A stretch of DNA of 64,000 nt from Chiloscyllium plagiosum (Eukaryota), in NCBI RefSeq assembly GCF_004010195.1, contig NC_057719.1, positions 90,487,756 through 90,551,755 on the forward strand. Direction: 5' to 3'. Numbering within the stretch: the first letter of the stretch is position 1; the number at the start of each line of letters is the position of its first letter. The position numbers were made by a program, and so were the translations under genes. The notes beneath the pieces were generated by a model that ran no database searches, had not been told where the DNA came from, and saw nothing but the letters and a program-made list of their open reading frames with translations. Shown in pieces: positions 27,385 through 40,734 of this stretch.

Positions 27385-29625
27385 AACACAGAAAATTGGA
27401 TCAGGTATAGTTCTTACGGCCCATCCAGCCCACTCTGGCAATGAACATGACCCTGGCTGATCCTCGATACTTCCATTCTCACCCCAAACCTGCTGACACC
27501 TTCAGCCTATATAAATCTATCTTTTTCTTTCTTGAGTATACTCAGTGACTTCCCCTTCAGAGCCTTCTGCGGTAGAGAATTCCACAGATTCACCACCGTC
27601 AGAGTGAAGAAGTATCTCCCTATCTCAGTCCAAATGGTCTCTTGCGTATCCTGAGACTGTGACCCCTTGTGCTGGATTCCCCTGATTCTGGGGAAACATT
27701 ATCCCTGTATCTAGTCTGTCTGAATTATATTTGTTTCAGTGATATCCCCTCTTATTCTTCAAAACTCCAGGGAATACAGCCCAAGTTGACCCAATTTCTC
27801 CACAAATGTGCCACTCCAGTCCACTGTACTTTCACTGCACTCCCTCATATGGCAAGAATATCTTTTCATAGGCAAAGAGACCAAAACTGCACATAATACT
27901 CCAAGTGTAGTCTCACTAAAGCTCTGTAACACATCACAGTATAGACAAAAGAGCAGAATTCTAGAGGTGAGGTGAGAGTAATAGCTCTTGACACCAAGCC
28001 TGTATTTGATCGAGAGTGGCATCAAGGACCAAAACTGGAATCAGGGGGAAAACTTTCCGCTGGTTGGAGTCATATGTGGCACATAGGAAGATGACTGTGG
28101 TTGTTGGAGGTCAATCATCTCAGTTCCAGGACATCTCTGCAGGAGTTCCTCATGGTATTGTCCTAGGGCCAAACATCTTCAGCTGATTCAGTAATGACCT
28201 TCCCTCCATCTTAAGGTCTGATGCTCACTGTGTTACAACTAGATGGGGAAGGGTAATTTTGTTCTCCTCTTTTTAAACCCCTGATTAAAGATTAGGCCAC
28301 CCAAATATATTTCTCCCAAGTCAGGTTGTTGAACCAAGATCTTTCCAAACTCTGGTCTCCTACCTCAGGAGAGATCATTCTAAGCTAAATGCTTGGTTGA
28401 GCCCATCAGTTTTCAGGAAGCAAGAGAGAAACCAAATGACTGATGAAGGAGATTCCTAATTGTGGGTTCCGACAGCTGAACAATGGGGAAGAGTGGAAAA
28501 GATGGACAGGAAGCCAGCACTGACAGACAGCATTGGGCTGGGCAGAGGCAGAAGAGCTCATATAGTCTAGCATCAGGAATACCCATTTATGCACTGTTCT
28601 TTCAATCGACTCAAATAACATTCAACAATTGCCACAACCAAATGTTGTTTTGTCCTTTGGAATTTAGTTGAATGATGGACTTTTCAAAACCATCAGAATG
28701 AAGAGACAACAAACCAACGTGGTGGCTCTCATTAACAGCATTTCTCATTCATGGGTATAACATAGAAACATAGAAGGTAGGAGCAGGAGTACACCATTTG
28801 ACCCAATCAAGCCTGCTCCACCATTCAATATGATCATGGCTAATCATTGAATTCAACACCCTAACCTGCCCTCTACCCATATCCCTTGATCCCTTTAGAC
28901 ACAAGACCTACATCTACCTCCTTCTTGAAAACACAATGTTTTGGCCTCAACCACTTTCTGTGGTAGTGAATGCCACAGGCTCATCACTCCCTAGGTGAAG
29001 AGATTTCTCTTCATCTCAGTCCTAGAAGGTTAGCCTTGCTCCAACCATTGGGAACATCCTTCCTGCATTTAACTTGTCCAATCTTGTTAGAATTTTATAG
29101 GTTTCTATGAGACCTCTTTCCTACAATCTTTTTAAAGGCAACTCAGCCTGCAGATCTTGAAATGATAAGTGTCACCACTGCCATGACAGTTATCTGTGAT
29201 GTTTTGCTCACATTACAATCATGGTACCAGCCAGCAGAATCTCGTTGAGGGGAAAGATGTTGGAGCTGGGAATAACTGATTGGAGTGCTCTCATACCTGC
29301 AACTGAAGTGGCGAGACAACTCTATTTATCTCAGGTTACCACAAAGCCTCCTGGAGACCAATGGATGGCGGGTCTGGAACTGATCTTAACCTGCACCCTT
29401 CTATAAGACCACAAGATGTAGGAACTATAGTAGGCCATTCAGTCCATCATCCATACTCAGGCATGCAATGAGATCATGGCTGGTCTGACAATCCTCAACC
29501 CCACAACCCTTCATTCCCTTACTGATTAAAAATCTGTCTATCTCAACCTTGAATGCATTCAGTGGCCCACCCTCTCCAATCCTCTGTGGTAAAGAATTCC
29601 ACAGATACACTATTTTTTGTCCACA
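27385..29625 (-). mobile_element. Several CR1 3' fragments (27385-27930, 28760-29120, 29405-29625)
   Basis: Reverse-complement CR1 tails, including VYLWNSLPQR..VE...FKVEIDRFL. Confidence 0.65.
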
Positions 29626-29654
29626 CATTCCCACAGAATGGTAGTGGAAATGAA

Positions 29655-30120
29655 TTGCATGGGTGGGTGTAGCTACAACAAAACTCAAGACGTTTGATAC
29701 CATCCAGGAGAAAGCTGCCCACTTGATAGGCACCACATCCACAAACATCCACTCCCTCCACAACTGCTCAGTAGCAGCAGTGTGTACTAAGGGATCCACT
29801 GCAGAAATTCACCAAAGATTCATCAAAGACAGCACCTTCCAACCCACAACCACTTCAATCTAGAAGGGCAGCAGATACATGGGAACACCAGTTCCTGCAA
29901 GTTCCCCTCCAAGCTACTCGCTATCCTGACTTGGAAATATATTGCTGTGCCTCCACTGTTGCTGGCTCAAAATCCCAGATTTCACTGCCTAAAGGACAAT
30001 GTGGGTCTACTTACAGCACATGGACTGCAGTAATTCAAGAAGGCATGCACAACTAGAGACGGGCAATAAATGCTGGCCAGCTAGCACCACCCATGTCCCA
30101 TGCGTGAATGTTCAAAAAAA
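29655..30120 (+). mobile_element. 3' fragment of a second APE-RT LINE family
   Basis: LDTIQ.KAA.LIGT motif. Tail gggcaataaatgctggccagc..cccatgtcccatgcgtgaatg plus an A-run, same family as 49482-54195. Confidence 0.75.
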
Positions 30121-30199
30121 ATCATTCCTAATGGGCAGCTGGAAAATTTTGAGAAGTTAAACATTAAAAAATTTCAATGTCAACAATAAAATTATCAAC

Positions 30200-33100
30200 T
30201 CAGAAAAATTATCTTTTGCATTTTCCTCATTTATTAGAAAATGGTACTTTAATAAATAGCTTAATAAAAATTGTACAAAATGTTTATTTGCTTTAGGTAA
30301 GAGATTTAATAATATATAGCCTACGAAACAATGAAGGATCTGTTCACCCAATATCGAAAATCCCACGTGTTCCAAGTAAGGCCTCTAAACTGGCTGAAAA
30401 GACTTGCCTTGCTGTACAAAGTAAAAAATGCATTCGTCAATTTTATATACATAACCAATGTAGTTTTATGGTTCAGTATGCAATGGGGATATGAAGCACC
30501 AAACACACAAATTCTACCTGACGATTAACCAGTTTACATGTCTGTGACTCAACACTGAAACACTGGAATGCAATGATACAACTGGAGATACCAGCAGCCA
30601 GGGTACAAGCACACCCCGAAGAGGTGAATCACTGCAGAGTCCAGCTTGGGAGAGACGTTAAATGTAAGTTATATCTTTGTGACATCACTCCACCTGTGTG
30701 CAAATCCAAGTTAGAGTCTTGGTTTTCTGCTGGACAGTTACTGTAAATAATGCACTCACACACAAACAATCAGATTCACATTATGTGATAAACAGTGTTT
30801 TGAACCAGCGTTGAGAACATGCTCAGAGTGTGCATTACAAGCACAAGAGACAAACCATGACAACCTTTGGTATTTCAATTAAAAACTGCAAATAAGGGGA
30901 AACAGCCTGAAGAAGCTAATGGACAGGGAAATAGGACTGAATTGCTGAACACAGAGTCAATATGAATTCGACAGACCATAATGCCTCCTTCAGAGCCCTA
31001 ATTAGTCTATGCCTTTTGTAAGGAAAGGTTTTAGTGTTTACACTGAAAGGTGTGATCTGGCTGTACTCTCTGGAAGGGTGATGCAATGAGGAATTCGATC
31101 ATCTCCTTGAAAATGAAAACAAGAAATACTGGTTACCGCAAAGTGCAGGGAGGTGGTACTAACGGGATTGATAAAAGGACCAGCACGGGCATTGTAAACT
31201 GAATGGTCTCTCTCTGTGTAGTACGATTTTACAACAAATGTTTTGTCGAATTCTACAGTTTGATGATGGGAATGAAAAAGTTAAAAAGGTCAATGGAAAC
31301 AGCAAGCTAAACGTACAGTGGCTGAGTCTGAAATGAGAGCTGGGTCACTGACCTTCCTCGAAGTCTATCACTCCCTCAAAAGCCTTATTCCTGAATTCAG
31401 ACAGGACTGAAACTGCTACACCAAGTCAGGATGAGGTCCCATCCCATTACCAACACCACTCAGACAGTGTTTTAACTGAGCATGTGCACTGACCCTGGGA
31501 CAAGGCTCTGTCACAACACTGTCACACTCAAGCAACACAAGAATTGTCTCAAGAACACAACTGAAGGTACAATCAGAATGTACCTGTAAAACTGACCTGC
31601 CAGGGTTTTATTTTGTCCTGAACAGACTTGAGTGTTTTTTTGGAAACCAACTGATTTTTTATTAAAGAAATATGAAATGGAGGGCTTTAAAAATATTAAC
31701 TTTATGCTTGCAGTCCTCCCTTCTACGTGGAACACAATATAGATTAGGTTCACCAAGGAGCTCAAATGGGTGCTCCTGAGAAATGGCAGCCATGGATTAG
31801 CAGCTGTACCTCTTGTCTTTGAGGCAGAGTTTTATGGATCAAGCCTCATTCCTGAGACTCGACTGTACATTAAAGACAGAGGGGGTGCTGTTGTACTGGT
31901 GGAGGTGCCATCTCTCAGATGGGACATTAGCCCCAGGCCTTATCTTCCTTCTTAGGTGAGTATCAAAGATCTCATAACATGATTCAGAAAGCAGGAGTGA
32001 TTTCCTGGCCTGCATCTTCCTCTATCAATATCACCAAAGCAGATTCATCTGGTCATTTGGTGAATTGTAGGGAGTTTACTGGGGGCTATTTGGTTGCTGT
32101 TTTTCCTAGACTGCAACAGTGACCACACATCAAAAAGTACTTAATCAACTGTGAAAAGTGCTTCAGAATACCCTGTAGTTCTGAGAGGACTATGGTCTTT
32201 ATTTTGCAATTGAGAAGAGTCTGCCAGATATTTGGAAATAAGCAACTGCTCCTTTATCTGCAGGTTTACAAGATTACCACAGTCAGACTTAGAGTCAGAA
32301 ATCCCTTCCTCAGCCATAATGTACGAGTATAACAACCTGAGAAACAGACAACTGAAATACAGGACACTCAATCTCTTCAACAAAAGAAACTGAATTTGTC
32401 AGATTTCTAAACAATACTATTTAAGGTGAGGTTGAGGTTTCCTACAATTCAGTCTACTGTTTGAGTAAAAGATGAGAAAGTCTGTACTAATCGGTTTAGC
32501 ACAAAGCACCAGGGAAATTGCTACAAGAACATGGGAGGTATGCGTCACACGAATAAACCAAACTGCCTCACTAACAATAAAAAAAAGGTTCCTCCACAAC
32601 TGTAGAACTGTTAGGGTGCAGAAAACATCCATTCAGCTGAACTGGTTCTATCACTTAGTGCTAATTTCCTGTCTTTTCCACATATTCCTGAAAAACATTT
32701 CTGTCCATTGCTCTCTTGAAAACCTCAACTGAACCTGCCTCCATCACATTTCTAGGTAGTGTACTCCATACCCTAACTTCTCGTCGACTAAACCAGATTT
32801 TCTCACATTCACATTAAATCTCAGCCTGAAACAATTACTTGTCCATAAACACTTGTAATATAATCATCAACTTTCCTCAAAACAGAGTTCAAGGGAGAAG
32901 GGGTGGGGTGACTGCAGAGCTTTGAATGAGGGGGGTTGGGATTGGTGGCAGACGTGCTGTGATCACAGACAGTGATCCCCAGAGAGGCAGAGGTGCAGAT
33001 TTTGTCAGCAGGCCTTTCCCAAGGCCCTCTGACACAAATCCACATTTGCCTTCACCAGGGTTTCTCTCATCTAACATCCATGGGCTGGGGGGGATCTGCA

Positions 33101-34821
33101 CAGCCCTGGTTCCTTGGCCAGCTCTGACTGAAGACACCAATTGCTCCATATAAACAGCAGCCAAATACTTGAACAGGTAGGCACTTTGGTCACTCAATGG
33201 CAGGGATAGAGACACTGCCAATATTAACAACCAGAAGATCAACACCCACTTTCCCACTTTTCACAAGTGTGGGTCAAACAACATTTGTCTGGTGTGAAAG
33301 AGTGAGTAACAGCATAGAATTAATTGACATTTCTTAAATCACAGCTGCTTTTTCTCTTTGATCTAATGGAGTGAAGGATGTGGGGTCCTGAAAGTATTAA
33401 TAGAACTCTTTTTAACAAAATCTACACACATTTTGTAATTGTTTCCATTAAACTGTTACATTAAACTGTCAATGAAAAAAACAAATAATGCAAAAAACAT
33501 TAGGCACCAAGTAACTTGGATCTACACTTTCATTGATTATTTGATCAAAATTATAATGTTTAATAATCCATTTTTACTTTGAAACATACTTACATCAAGA
33601 AATCAGTCTGTCCCGCGTGAGTTTTACTTTTGCAGTATGGGATCTTCTTCAGCTCAAAATATTTAGTGACAATTGTAAAAATGGATTAACATTCAGAGTT
33701 TGACTTCTTTTTGAGTAAGGTCAAAGTGCCTTCCTTCCCAAATTGTGCTTGAAAAGTGCCAATACATGATAGCTTTGTTAAGTTGACAAATACTGTGTGT
33801 TAAGGACTCTTTTGAGATAAAAGTGAAGAGAGAGGTCTCTGTGTGGCAATTTGGATAAAAGATTGAGAACCTTAAAATCTGAGGTGAATTTCATAAAACT
33901 GTACAGAGGCAAATACTGTTTTATTGCAAGGTGATAGTACCTAATTACTAAACTAAAATCACCTGTCCCTGAATAAGTGCAAGACAATTTTTTAAAAAAT
34001 AAAAAAAATCTCTGAAATTAAAAACAATCAGTGGAACAAACTCAACAAAAGAAATATATATCCTAAAATTAAGTTGTGTTTTTGCAACAATTCATATGAA
34101 GAGGATTTTTAGCCTTTATCAATGGCCAATTCCTGATAATTGTACACTCAGTTCTTACAAAATAGACACCATCTGTTCACACAAGCTCTGGGAACACATT
34201 TCAAATGATTCAAACACAACTTCATCAGTATTGTGCATATACCCAGCACAGAAACAGGTCCTACCAGTTTGTGAAAAATCTCGATTTGTTTGAAAGCTCT
34301 GAAAAAAACCAAGGCTGACTACTATCCTTCAACAGTGGAAGAAAATACTCAGTACAGTAGTACAAAAAAAAGGTGCACAATGGTGCCTACCTAAATTATT
34401 GGAGTCCAAGGAATGAGCTTGGACTACAATGACCAGAGGTCAATATTGCAAGACAATTGTGAGGAGCCAGCCAGTGACTTAATAAAGAAAAGGTTCTGGC
34501 ACCTAACCTAGTCCTCTCTTTCCAAAACATTTAACGGAGCATCATTTGAGGAGTGTAACCATCTGCTAAGTCTGCAAGTCTTCACTATTAATAAATAACT
34601 CAACTATACAACACCAGTTGTGTAGTACCAGCCACCTTCTAGAAATTACTAGATGTTATGACTCTTGTTATGTAACTGGTTTTTACAATAATCTATTTAG
34701 GCACTGTCCAAGTAACTGCGACTGTAACCTTCTGTATTTAAGGCACACAACATCGTGTGCCATTTTCAATTTTAAATGGCATTCCAATTCCAGTTTATAA
34801 CTCCCATTTTACAATCTTTCC
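30200..34821 (-). other. Putative BICRA 3' UTR / downstream unique region
   Basis: Mostly repeat-poor, AT-rich sequence after the stop codon. Minus-strand AATAAA at 33920-33925, 30283-30288 and 30230-30235. The true end is unknown. Confidence 0.4.
31784..32205 (+). mobile_element. SacSINE1-type DeuSINE (old, near full length)
   Basis: Degraded tRNA head, Deu-domain-like core (ggaggtgccatctctcagatg..aaagatctca..cagattcatctggtcatt) and tail (caacagtgaccacacatcaaaaagtactt..gtgaaaagtgctt). Confidence 0.7.
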
Positions 34822-35780
34822 TCAGTCACCAAGAATACTGTTTACTGCCTCTTCCAAAGTGGAGGTTGTCACTTCAGCAAGGCCACTATCAGGGTCTGAC
34901 TGCAGGAAATCTGCTGAGGAAGCTGGAAGTGAGTAGGGAGGAAGGTTGCAATCATCTTTCTGGGGTGTTGGAGTTCTGGGTTCTGAGCTCTGGTGCCTCT
35001 GCAGGTCCAGGAGGCTGTTGATGGCACTTTGCAGGTGGGCGCTCAGCGCACTGTCCTGGGGGCTGTGACCCGTGCTGTTGGCATTGTCCACTGAGTCACA
35101 CTTGCGACGTTTGGGCTGTGGGAGGGGGAGGTCACCCACAAAGCCAGCTTTTACATGGTCATTGATGTCAACACCTGTCCTCCCTGGTCCCTGCCTGTCC
35201 ACATGGAGATGAAGCCTATTCTGGACATGGGAGTCGTGTGAAGACGAAGCCTGAGCTGGACGGTGCCCAGGGCTAGGCTCGATGGTGATGGCTTGTTGGT
35301 TCACGTTGTGTTCCAGTGATCTGTGAAGCTTAGTGCTGAGTGGTGATGTTTTACTTTGGTCAGGCCCCAAACCAGGGGTGCTGTCACAGGGGAGGTTCCT
35401 CCGGGATTTCCTGAGGTCTGTAAGACAGCCCCCAGATTCCTGTGTCTCTCCAGGCCCAAGCTGCCATTTCTCAGCTGGAGCAGGGAATCTGCAGCCTGGC
35501 TCGCCATCGGTTTGCCTCAGGGTATTAGCTGTGAGGGAAAAGGGGCCTGTAGGAGCTGGTCTTGCCTGGGTGCCTGCAGGCCAGAGCTGCTCCAACTCCG
35601 AGTTGTGGACAACCTCCTGCCTTATCTTCAGCTTGAGGCCTCCTCGGCTGCTGGCAACATATGTCTTCAGTTGGGCCTGTGGTGAACACTGAACCTCCTG
35701 GTCAGAGCCTAGAATTGGGCCACAAGAGATGGGCAGAGTGTTGGCAATCCTTGGTTTGAAAACCGATGTGACATATGCAT
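34822..35780 (-). CDS. BICRA: BICRA/GLTSCR1 terminal coding exon ((D)AYVTSVFKPR...GGLKLKIRQE...HLQSAINSLLDLQ...LEEAVNSILGD*)
   Basis: Open frame (ORF track 34822..35823). Acceptor ttggtttttag at 35781-35782. Motifs LKTY...GLKLKI.QE..VVHN and HLQSAI.S.L.LQ resemble BICRA. TGA at 34822-34824. Confidence 0.92.
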
Positions 35781-36046
35781 CTAAAAACCAAACAAACCAA
35801 ACAAATATTTCCCAACAGTTCATGGATGTTCAAAGTAAATACATTGAGAAACAATACAGTATCTTAGTATTCAGTATCTTTAATATGTGTAAAACATTTC
35901 AAGATGTTTCAAATCAGACCACATTTGCCCTGAACATGAACAACACAGGAGCAGAAGTAGGCCTTCCAGCTCCTTGAGTCTCCTCTCTCATTCTACCTCA
36001 TCAATGATCCTGTACTTCAATGCCTTCTTCCCACACAATTCCCCAA

Positions 36047-36351
36047 GGGCATCACGGTGGCACAGTGGTCAGCACTGCTGCCTCAAAGCGCAAGAGACCC
36101 AGGTTCGATTCAAGCCTTGGGTAAATGTCAGTGTGTAGTTTGCATGTTCTCCCCGCGTCTGTGCTCGGTTTCCTCCCACAATCCAAAAATGTGCAGGTTA
36201 GGTGAACTGGCGAGGCTAAATTGCCCATAGTGTTAGGTGAAAGGGTAAATGTAGGGGAATGGGTCTGGGTGATCTGCGCTTCAGCGGGTCGGTGTGGACT
36301 TGTTGGGCCGAAGAGCCTGTTTCCACACTGTAAGTAATCTAAGTAATCTAA
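36047..36351 (+). mobile_element. HE1-type V-SINE
   Basis: Head gggcatcacggtggcacagtggtcagcactgctgcc, V-domain, and (taagtaatc) tail. Confidence 0.92.
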
Positions 36352-38780
36352 TTGCTCCTGTCTCTGTTAGTCCACGAGCCATAGCTTTGATCACAAATTG
36401 TGTTGTGCAGGACTTTATCAAACGCTTTTTGGAAGTCCGTGTACACCACATCAACAATGTTTTCCTCATCAATCCTTTCTGTTAGCTCATCAAAATAAAA
36501 TCCACCAAATTAGTTAAACACAATTTTCTCCTAAATTTGTTTTAGTATTCCTGAAATACCTGTGATTTTCAATCTTGTAATTTATTTTGTTTTGAATTGT
36601 TGTTTCTAGAAGCTTGTACACTACAAAGGTTAAACTAACAGGTTTGTAATTGCTGGGTTTATCATTACATTTTTTGTTTGGGTATAATATTTGTAATTTT
36701 CCAGTCTTCTGTCACTACCTTGAGCCTTGGAGAGAAAATTATGCTTTCTCTATCAATGTTAAACACCTGGAAGTGTTAATTACTTCCTCTTTCACTAAGA
36801 CCTGGACAAATCCTTCAAAGAACTCAGTAATTATCCCTCCTGCCACACATAATAGGATGCAGTCCTCCGTTGTGCCACCTCTTTTATGTTAGCTGCTGGT
36901 CTCTTCTCACACACTTTCTTTGTTTCTCTGATTTGATTTTTCACTTGCCCTCTGAACCTTTCAAATCCATCCTAGTTCTTGGCTGCAGTAGTCAGTTGTT
37001 TGGAATAATCTGGTGAGATGTCCAATAGCAAACCCATGATATAAAGGGGCAGGACCAAGAGATCTAAACACTTCAGGCTTGCCTTACCATTTAGATCTTA
37101 AACAACACTCCCAGAGTATCTTCCAAAGTAAGTGTCAGAAGTACAGGTAGTTGCACTAAGACCATTGGGATTTGGGAACAGGGGTAGGAATCCACTACTG
37201 ATACATAGCCATCAGGATGATTCATATCCTGGGACTTCTGCCTTTTTCCAACACATGCCTGAGCAATGTTCACAATAATTGCTGCTCTCTCTGCTATTCT
37301 GCTATAACAGATCTTGTCCTGTATGTATGTTGTATATCTAGACTTCCAGAAGGCATTTGACAAGGTGTTGCAACTGATCCAGAAGGTTAGATCCATAGTA
37401 GTTAAGGGTAGAGTACTGGCGTGGATACAGGATTGGCTCACTGACAGAAAATAGAGGGTCGATATGAATGGCTCCTTCTCTGGATGGCAAACTGTAACTA
37501 GTGGGGTGCCGCAGGGTTCAATTCTTGGACCACAACTATTTACAATCTATAGAAATGAATTCAAGCTGGGGCAGAGTGTAACGTTGCAGAATTCATGGAT
37601 AATACTAAAATAATTGGAAAAGCAGGCTGTGATGAAAAGCTAGGAGAACCGGCCAGAATCTGGCAGATGGAGTTTAATATGGCTAAGTGCGAGGTTGTCC
37701 AGTTTGGTAGAAAAAAATGGTCAAATTATTATTTAATTGGGAAGCATATTCAAAGTGGCTCAGTGCAGAAGGATTTGGTGTCCTTGTGCATGATACGCAG
37801 AAAATGAATCTGGCAATTATTGCAAAAGGACTGAATTTTAAAGTGAAGAAGTGCTGTTAAAATTATATGTGGCATTTGTGAAAACATACCTGGAATATTT
37901 GTGTCCAGTTTTGGTTTCCTTACCTGAGGAAGGATCTGGTGGCACTGGAGGCAGTTCAGGGGAGATTCACCAAGTTGATTCCAGGGATGAAAGGACTGTC
38001 ATATGAGGAGCGATTGAATAGGTTGGGCTAGTACTTGCTGGAGTTCAGAAGAATGAGGGGTGGGGATCTGACTGAGGTATATAAAATACTAATGGGGATT
38101 GATAAGGTCGTCTTCGAACAGATGTTTCTCCTTGTGTGACAGTCTCAATCGAGAGGTCATAGATGTAGAGTGAGAGGAGGTAGGTTCAAAATTGAGATTA
38201 GAGAAACCACTTCTCTCAGAGGCTTGCGAATCTATGGAACTCACTGCCCCCGAAGTGCAGTGGAGGCAGAATCAATCAACAGACTCAAGAAAGAAATCAA
38301 TATGTTTCTGATGAAAAGTGGGATAAAGGGCCATGGGAAGCAGGCAGGAGAGTGGAGTTGAGACCAGTAAACGAGCGTAGAAGGTTGAGGGGTGACCTTA
38401 CAGAAGTTTATAAAGTAATGAGGAACATAAAGGCCTTTTCCCTATGGTGGGGGAGTTCAAAACTAAACAGCATATTTTTAAAGTGATAGTAGAAAGATTT
38501 AAAAAGGATTTGAGGGGCAACTTTTTCACACACAGGGTGGTTTGTATGTGGAATGAGCTGCCTGATGAAGCAGTAATGCAGGTACAGTTACGACATTTAA
38601 AAGACATTAGGATAGGTACATAGGAAAGGTTTTGAAGGACATGCACCAAATGCAGGCAAGTGGGACTAGTTTAGTTTGGGAAACTTGGTCGGCATGGATG
38701 AGTTGGACACAGGGTCTATTTCTGTGCTTTATGACTCTGTGACTAAGATCAGCCATGATCATGTTAAATGATGGAGTCCC
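36352..38780. mobile_element. CR1 fragments (36352-37000 -, 37320-38390 +, 38380-38745 +)
   Basis: YLDFQKAFDKV, SGVPQGS.LGP and WQMEFN motifs, plus two CR1 tails. Confidence 0.75.
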
Positions 38781-38979
38781 ATGTTTCTACAATGTTACCT
38801 CCTGTCAAATCTGCATCATTTCACCAATTGACGTGCTGCAGAAATGTATAAACTCTGGCTACAAACGAGGGAGTTATTCTCTCCCGATTGCAGACTCCTG
38901 CCAGTTTTAAACTGTGTACAAGCACCAACTCCTGTCTTGTACATTTGCTACTGATTGGATATTTCAAGGGGCATCTCAC

Positions 38980-39082
38980 CAGGATTGATTTTGGCCAATC
39001 GTTTAGCTTCCAAGAAGGCCACCTTCTCCTCTTGAATAAACATTCGATCGATCATCACCATCTCAGATGAGGGGTGTGTCCT
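38980..39082 (-). CDS. BICRA: BICRA/GLTSCR1 domain exon (RTHPSSEMVMIDRMFIQEEKVAFLEAKRLAKINP), 103 nt
   Basis: Contains the EMVMIDRMFIQEEK motif. Acceptor atcag at 39083-39084, donor gtgaga, phase 0 in and phase 1 out. Confidence 0.95.
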
Positions 39083-39119
39083 CTGATAACACAAAAGGAA
39101 AGAACAAATTGGTTAAGCT

Positions 39120-40010
39120 GCAGGATTTGGAAACACAGAGGCCATTCAGCCCCTGCAGTATGTTCTCCTTCAATTAGATCAGGGCACTGTCATACTGCAA
39201 CCCCATTCCCTCAACCTTGCTCCATGTCCCTTGATACCATTCACCAACAACGAGTTATCATTGCTCATTTCTGAAATGTTCAACTTGTTCCCTTCCAGCC
39301 CTTTCAATAACTTTCAGAAAGTTCAGATTTTCACTATCAGTGATGCGAAGATGCCCATCTTGATATTCCTCCTGAGTGGCCCAGCTTGTATTTAAGATTG
39401 TACCTTCACTCACCTTCCTTACGTAGGAAACTTTCTATCTCCAGTATGAAATCGTTTTACATTTCAAACACCTCAGTCAGATAACCCCATGACCTTCTAA
39501 ACTCAAGGGCTTTTTGTTTTCTCAATACAGTGCAACAGAGGGAGAGCATTTAGCCCATAGTGCTTGCACTGGCTGACTAAGCATTTAACTTTGCACCTCT
39601 TGCCTTTTTCCCTTGAAACCCTCAGCATTGCTTCTGTTTAAATAATCATCCAAAGTGGTTTTGGATGCCTCAGTTGAATCTGCCCCCACTACATTTCCAG
39701 GCTGTGCATTCCAAAGCCTGACTGATATTTTTTCTCATGTCATATTTGCTTCATTGACAACACACCTTGAAACTGTGCCTTCTGGTTCTCGATGCATTTA
39801 TGAATGGGAAAAGTTCTCCTGATCCACTCTGTCCTGACCCTCCATGATTTTGAAAAATTCTGTCTAACCTCCTTTTAACATTCTCCCCTCCAAGGATAAT
39901 AATCCCAACCTGTCCAAAGCTTCCTTCATAGCAAAAGTTTCTCATTCCTGGAACCATTCTCATGGAACCACTTCCACACTCTCTCCAATGCATTCACATC
40001 CTTCCAAACC
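39120..40010 (-). mobile_element. CR1 3' fragments
   Basis: RMVPGMRNF.YE motif and CR1 tails. Confidence 0.6.
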
Positions 40011-40400
40011 GCTCCTTATAATTTAACAAATTCAACCTTGGAATTAACGGCAAATTGCGAAAGGTAAGATACTACAACATTGCTAGAGATGGGGAGGTAA
40101 AAAACAGTTACGGCTGGTACTTTTGCTCACAATCTACCGATTTCTACTGGTTAATATGAATTGGTTTGTATTAATACTGACTGAGAACTGGATTCAGCTA
40201 ATCAATGATCGTTTTTTGTTTTCTCCCTCCCCATTCCCTTCATCTCTGCTGAAGTCACTGAGCAACACTCGCTGCCTTCACATGAAGGAGGATCAGTGGG
40301 TCAAAGTACTTGCAGACCATCCACTGACCTGGAATGCTGCTGTACGTTTTGGATCCCATTTGCACAGAGTTGTGTAGTTAACGCAACATTAACACCTTAC

Positions 40401-40495
40401 CCTAGATTCTTCAAAGAGCAACAGACGGTATTTGTTCAGCATGACCTGCGTTCGTTTGAGGAGTTGCGTTGATATGACCTCAAACTCTTCATCCA
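40401..40495 (-). CDS. BICRA: BICRA/GLTSCR1 domain exon ((V)DEEFEVISTQLLKRTQVMLNKYRLLLFEESR), 95 nt
   Basis: Near-identical to the recalled BICRA segment VDEEFETVSTQLLKRTQAMLNKYRLLLLEESR. Acceptor cccag, donor gtaagg. Confidence 0.95.
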
Positions 40496-40734
40496 CTGGG
40501 AGAGAAGAATCAGATGGACAGTGAGAAAACTATAAAAATATTCGAGCCTAATCTTGTGAACTTCAATGAGCTTTATGTTTTGGACTCATGAAAATTTGGA
40601 ATAATGAAGATAGCTCATTCTTGTGTCTGTTTGTATACAATATAAACTACACTTCATCCATGTTTCTGATATTTGTGGGTTTCTGTCCCCTTTTAATCTC
40701 AAGTGAGCTCATGTACAATGTCAGACCAACTCTT

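Noticed and set aside
32889..33257. 122-aa ORF with a hydrophobic N-terminus and small palindromes (ctgtgatcacag)
   Set aside because: No recognisable homology, non-ATG start, and the hairpin does not fit an IRE.
35781..35823. ATG start (MNCWEIF..) of the 333-aa ORF
   Set aside because: Intronic. The exon begins after the AG acceptor at 35781-35782, in phase with the upstream exon.
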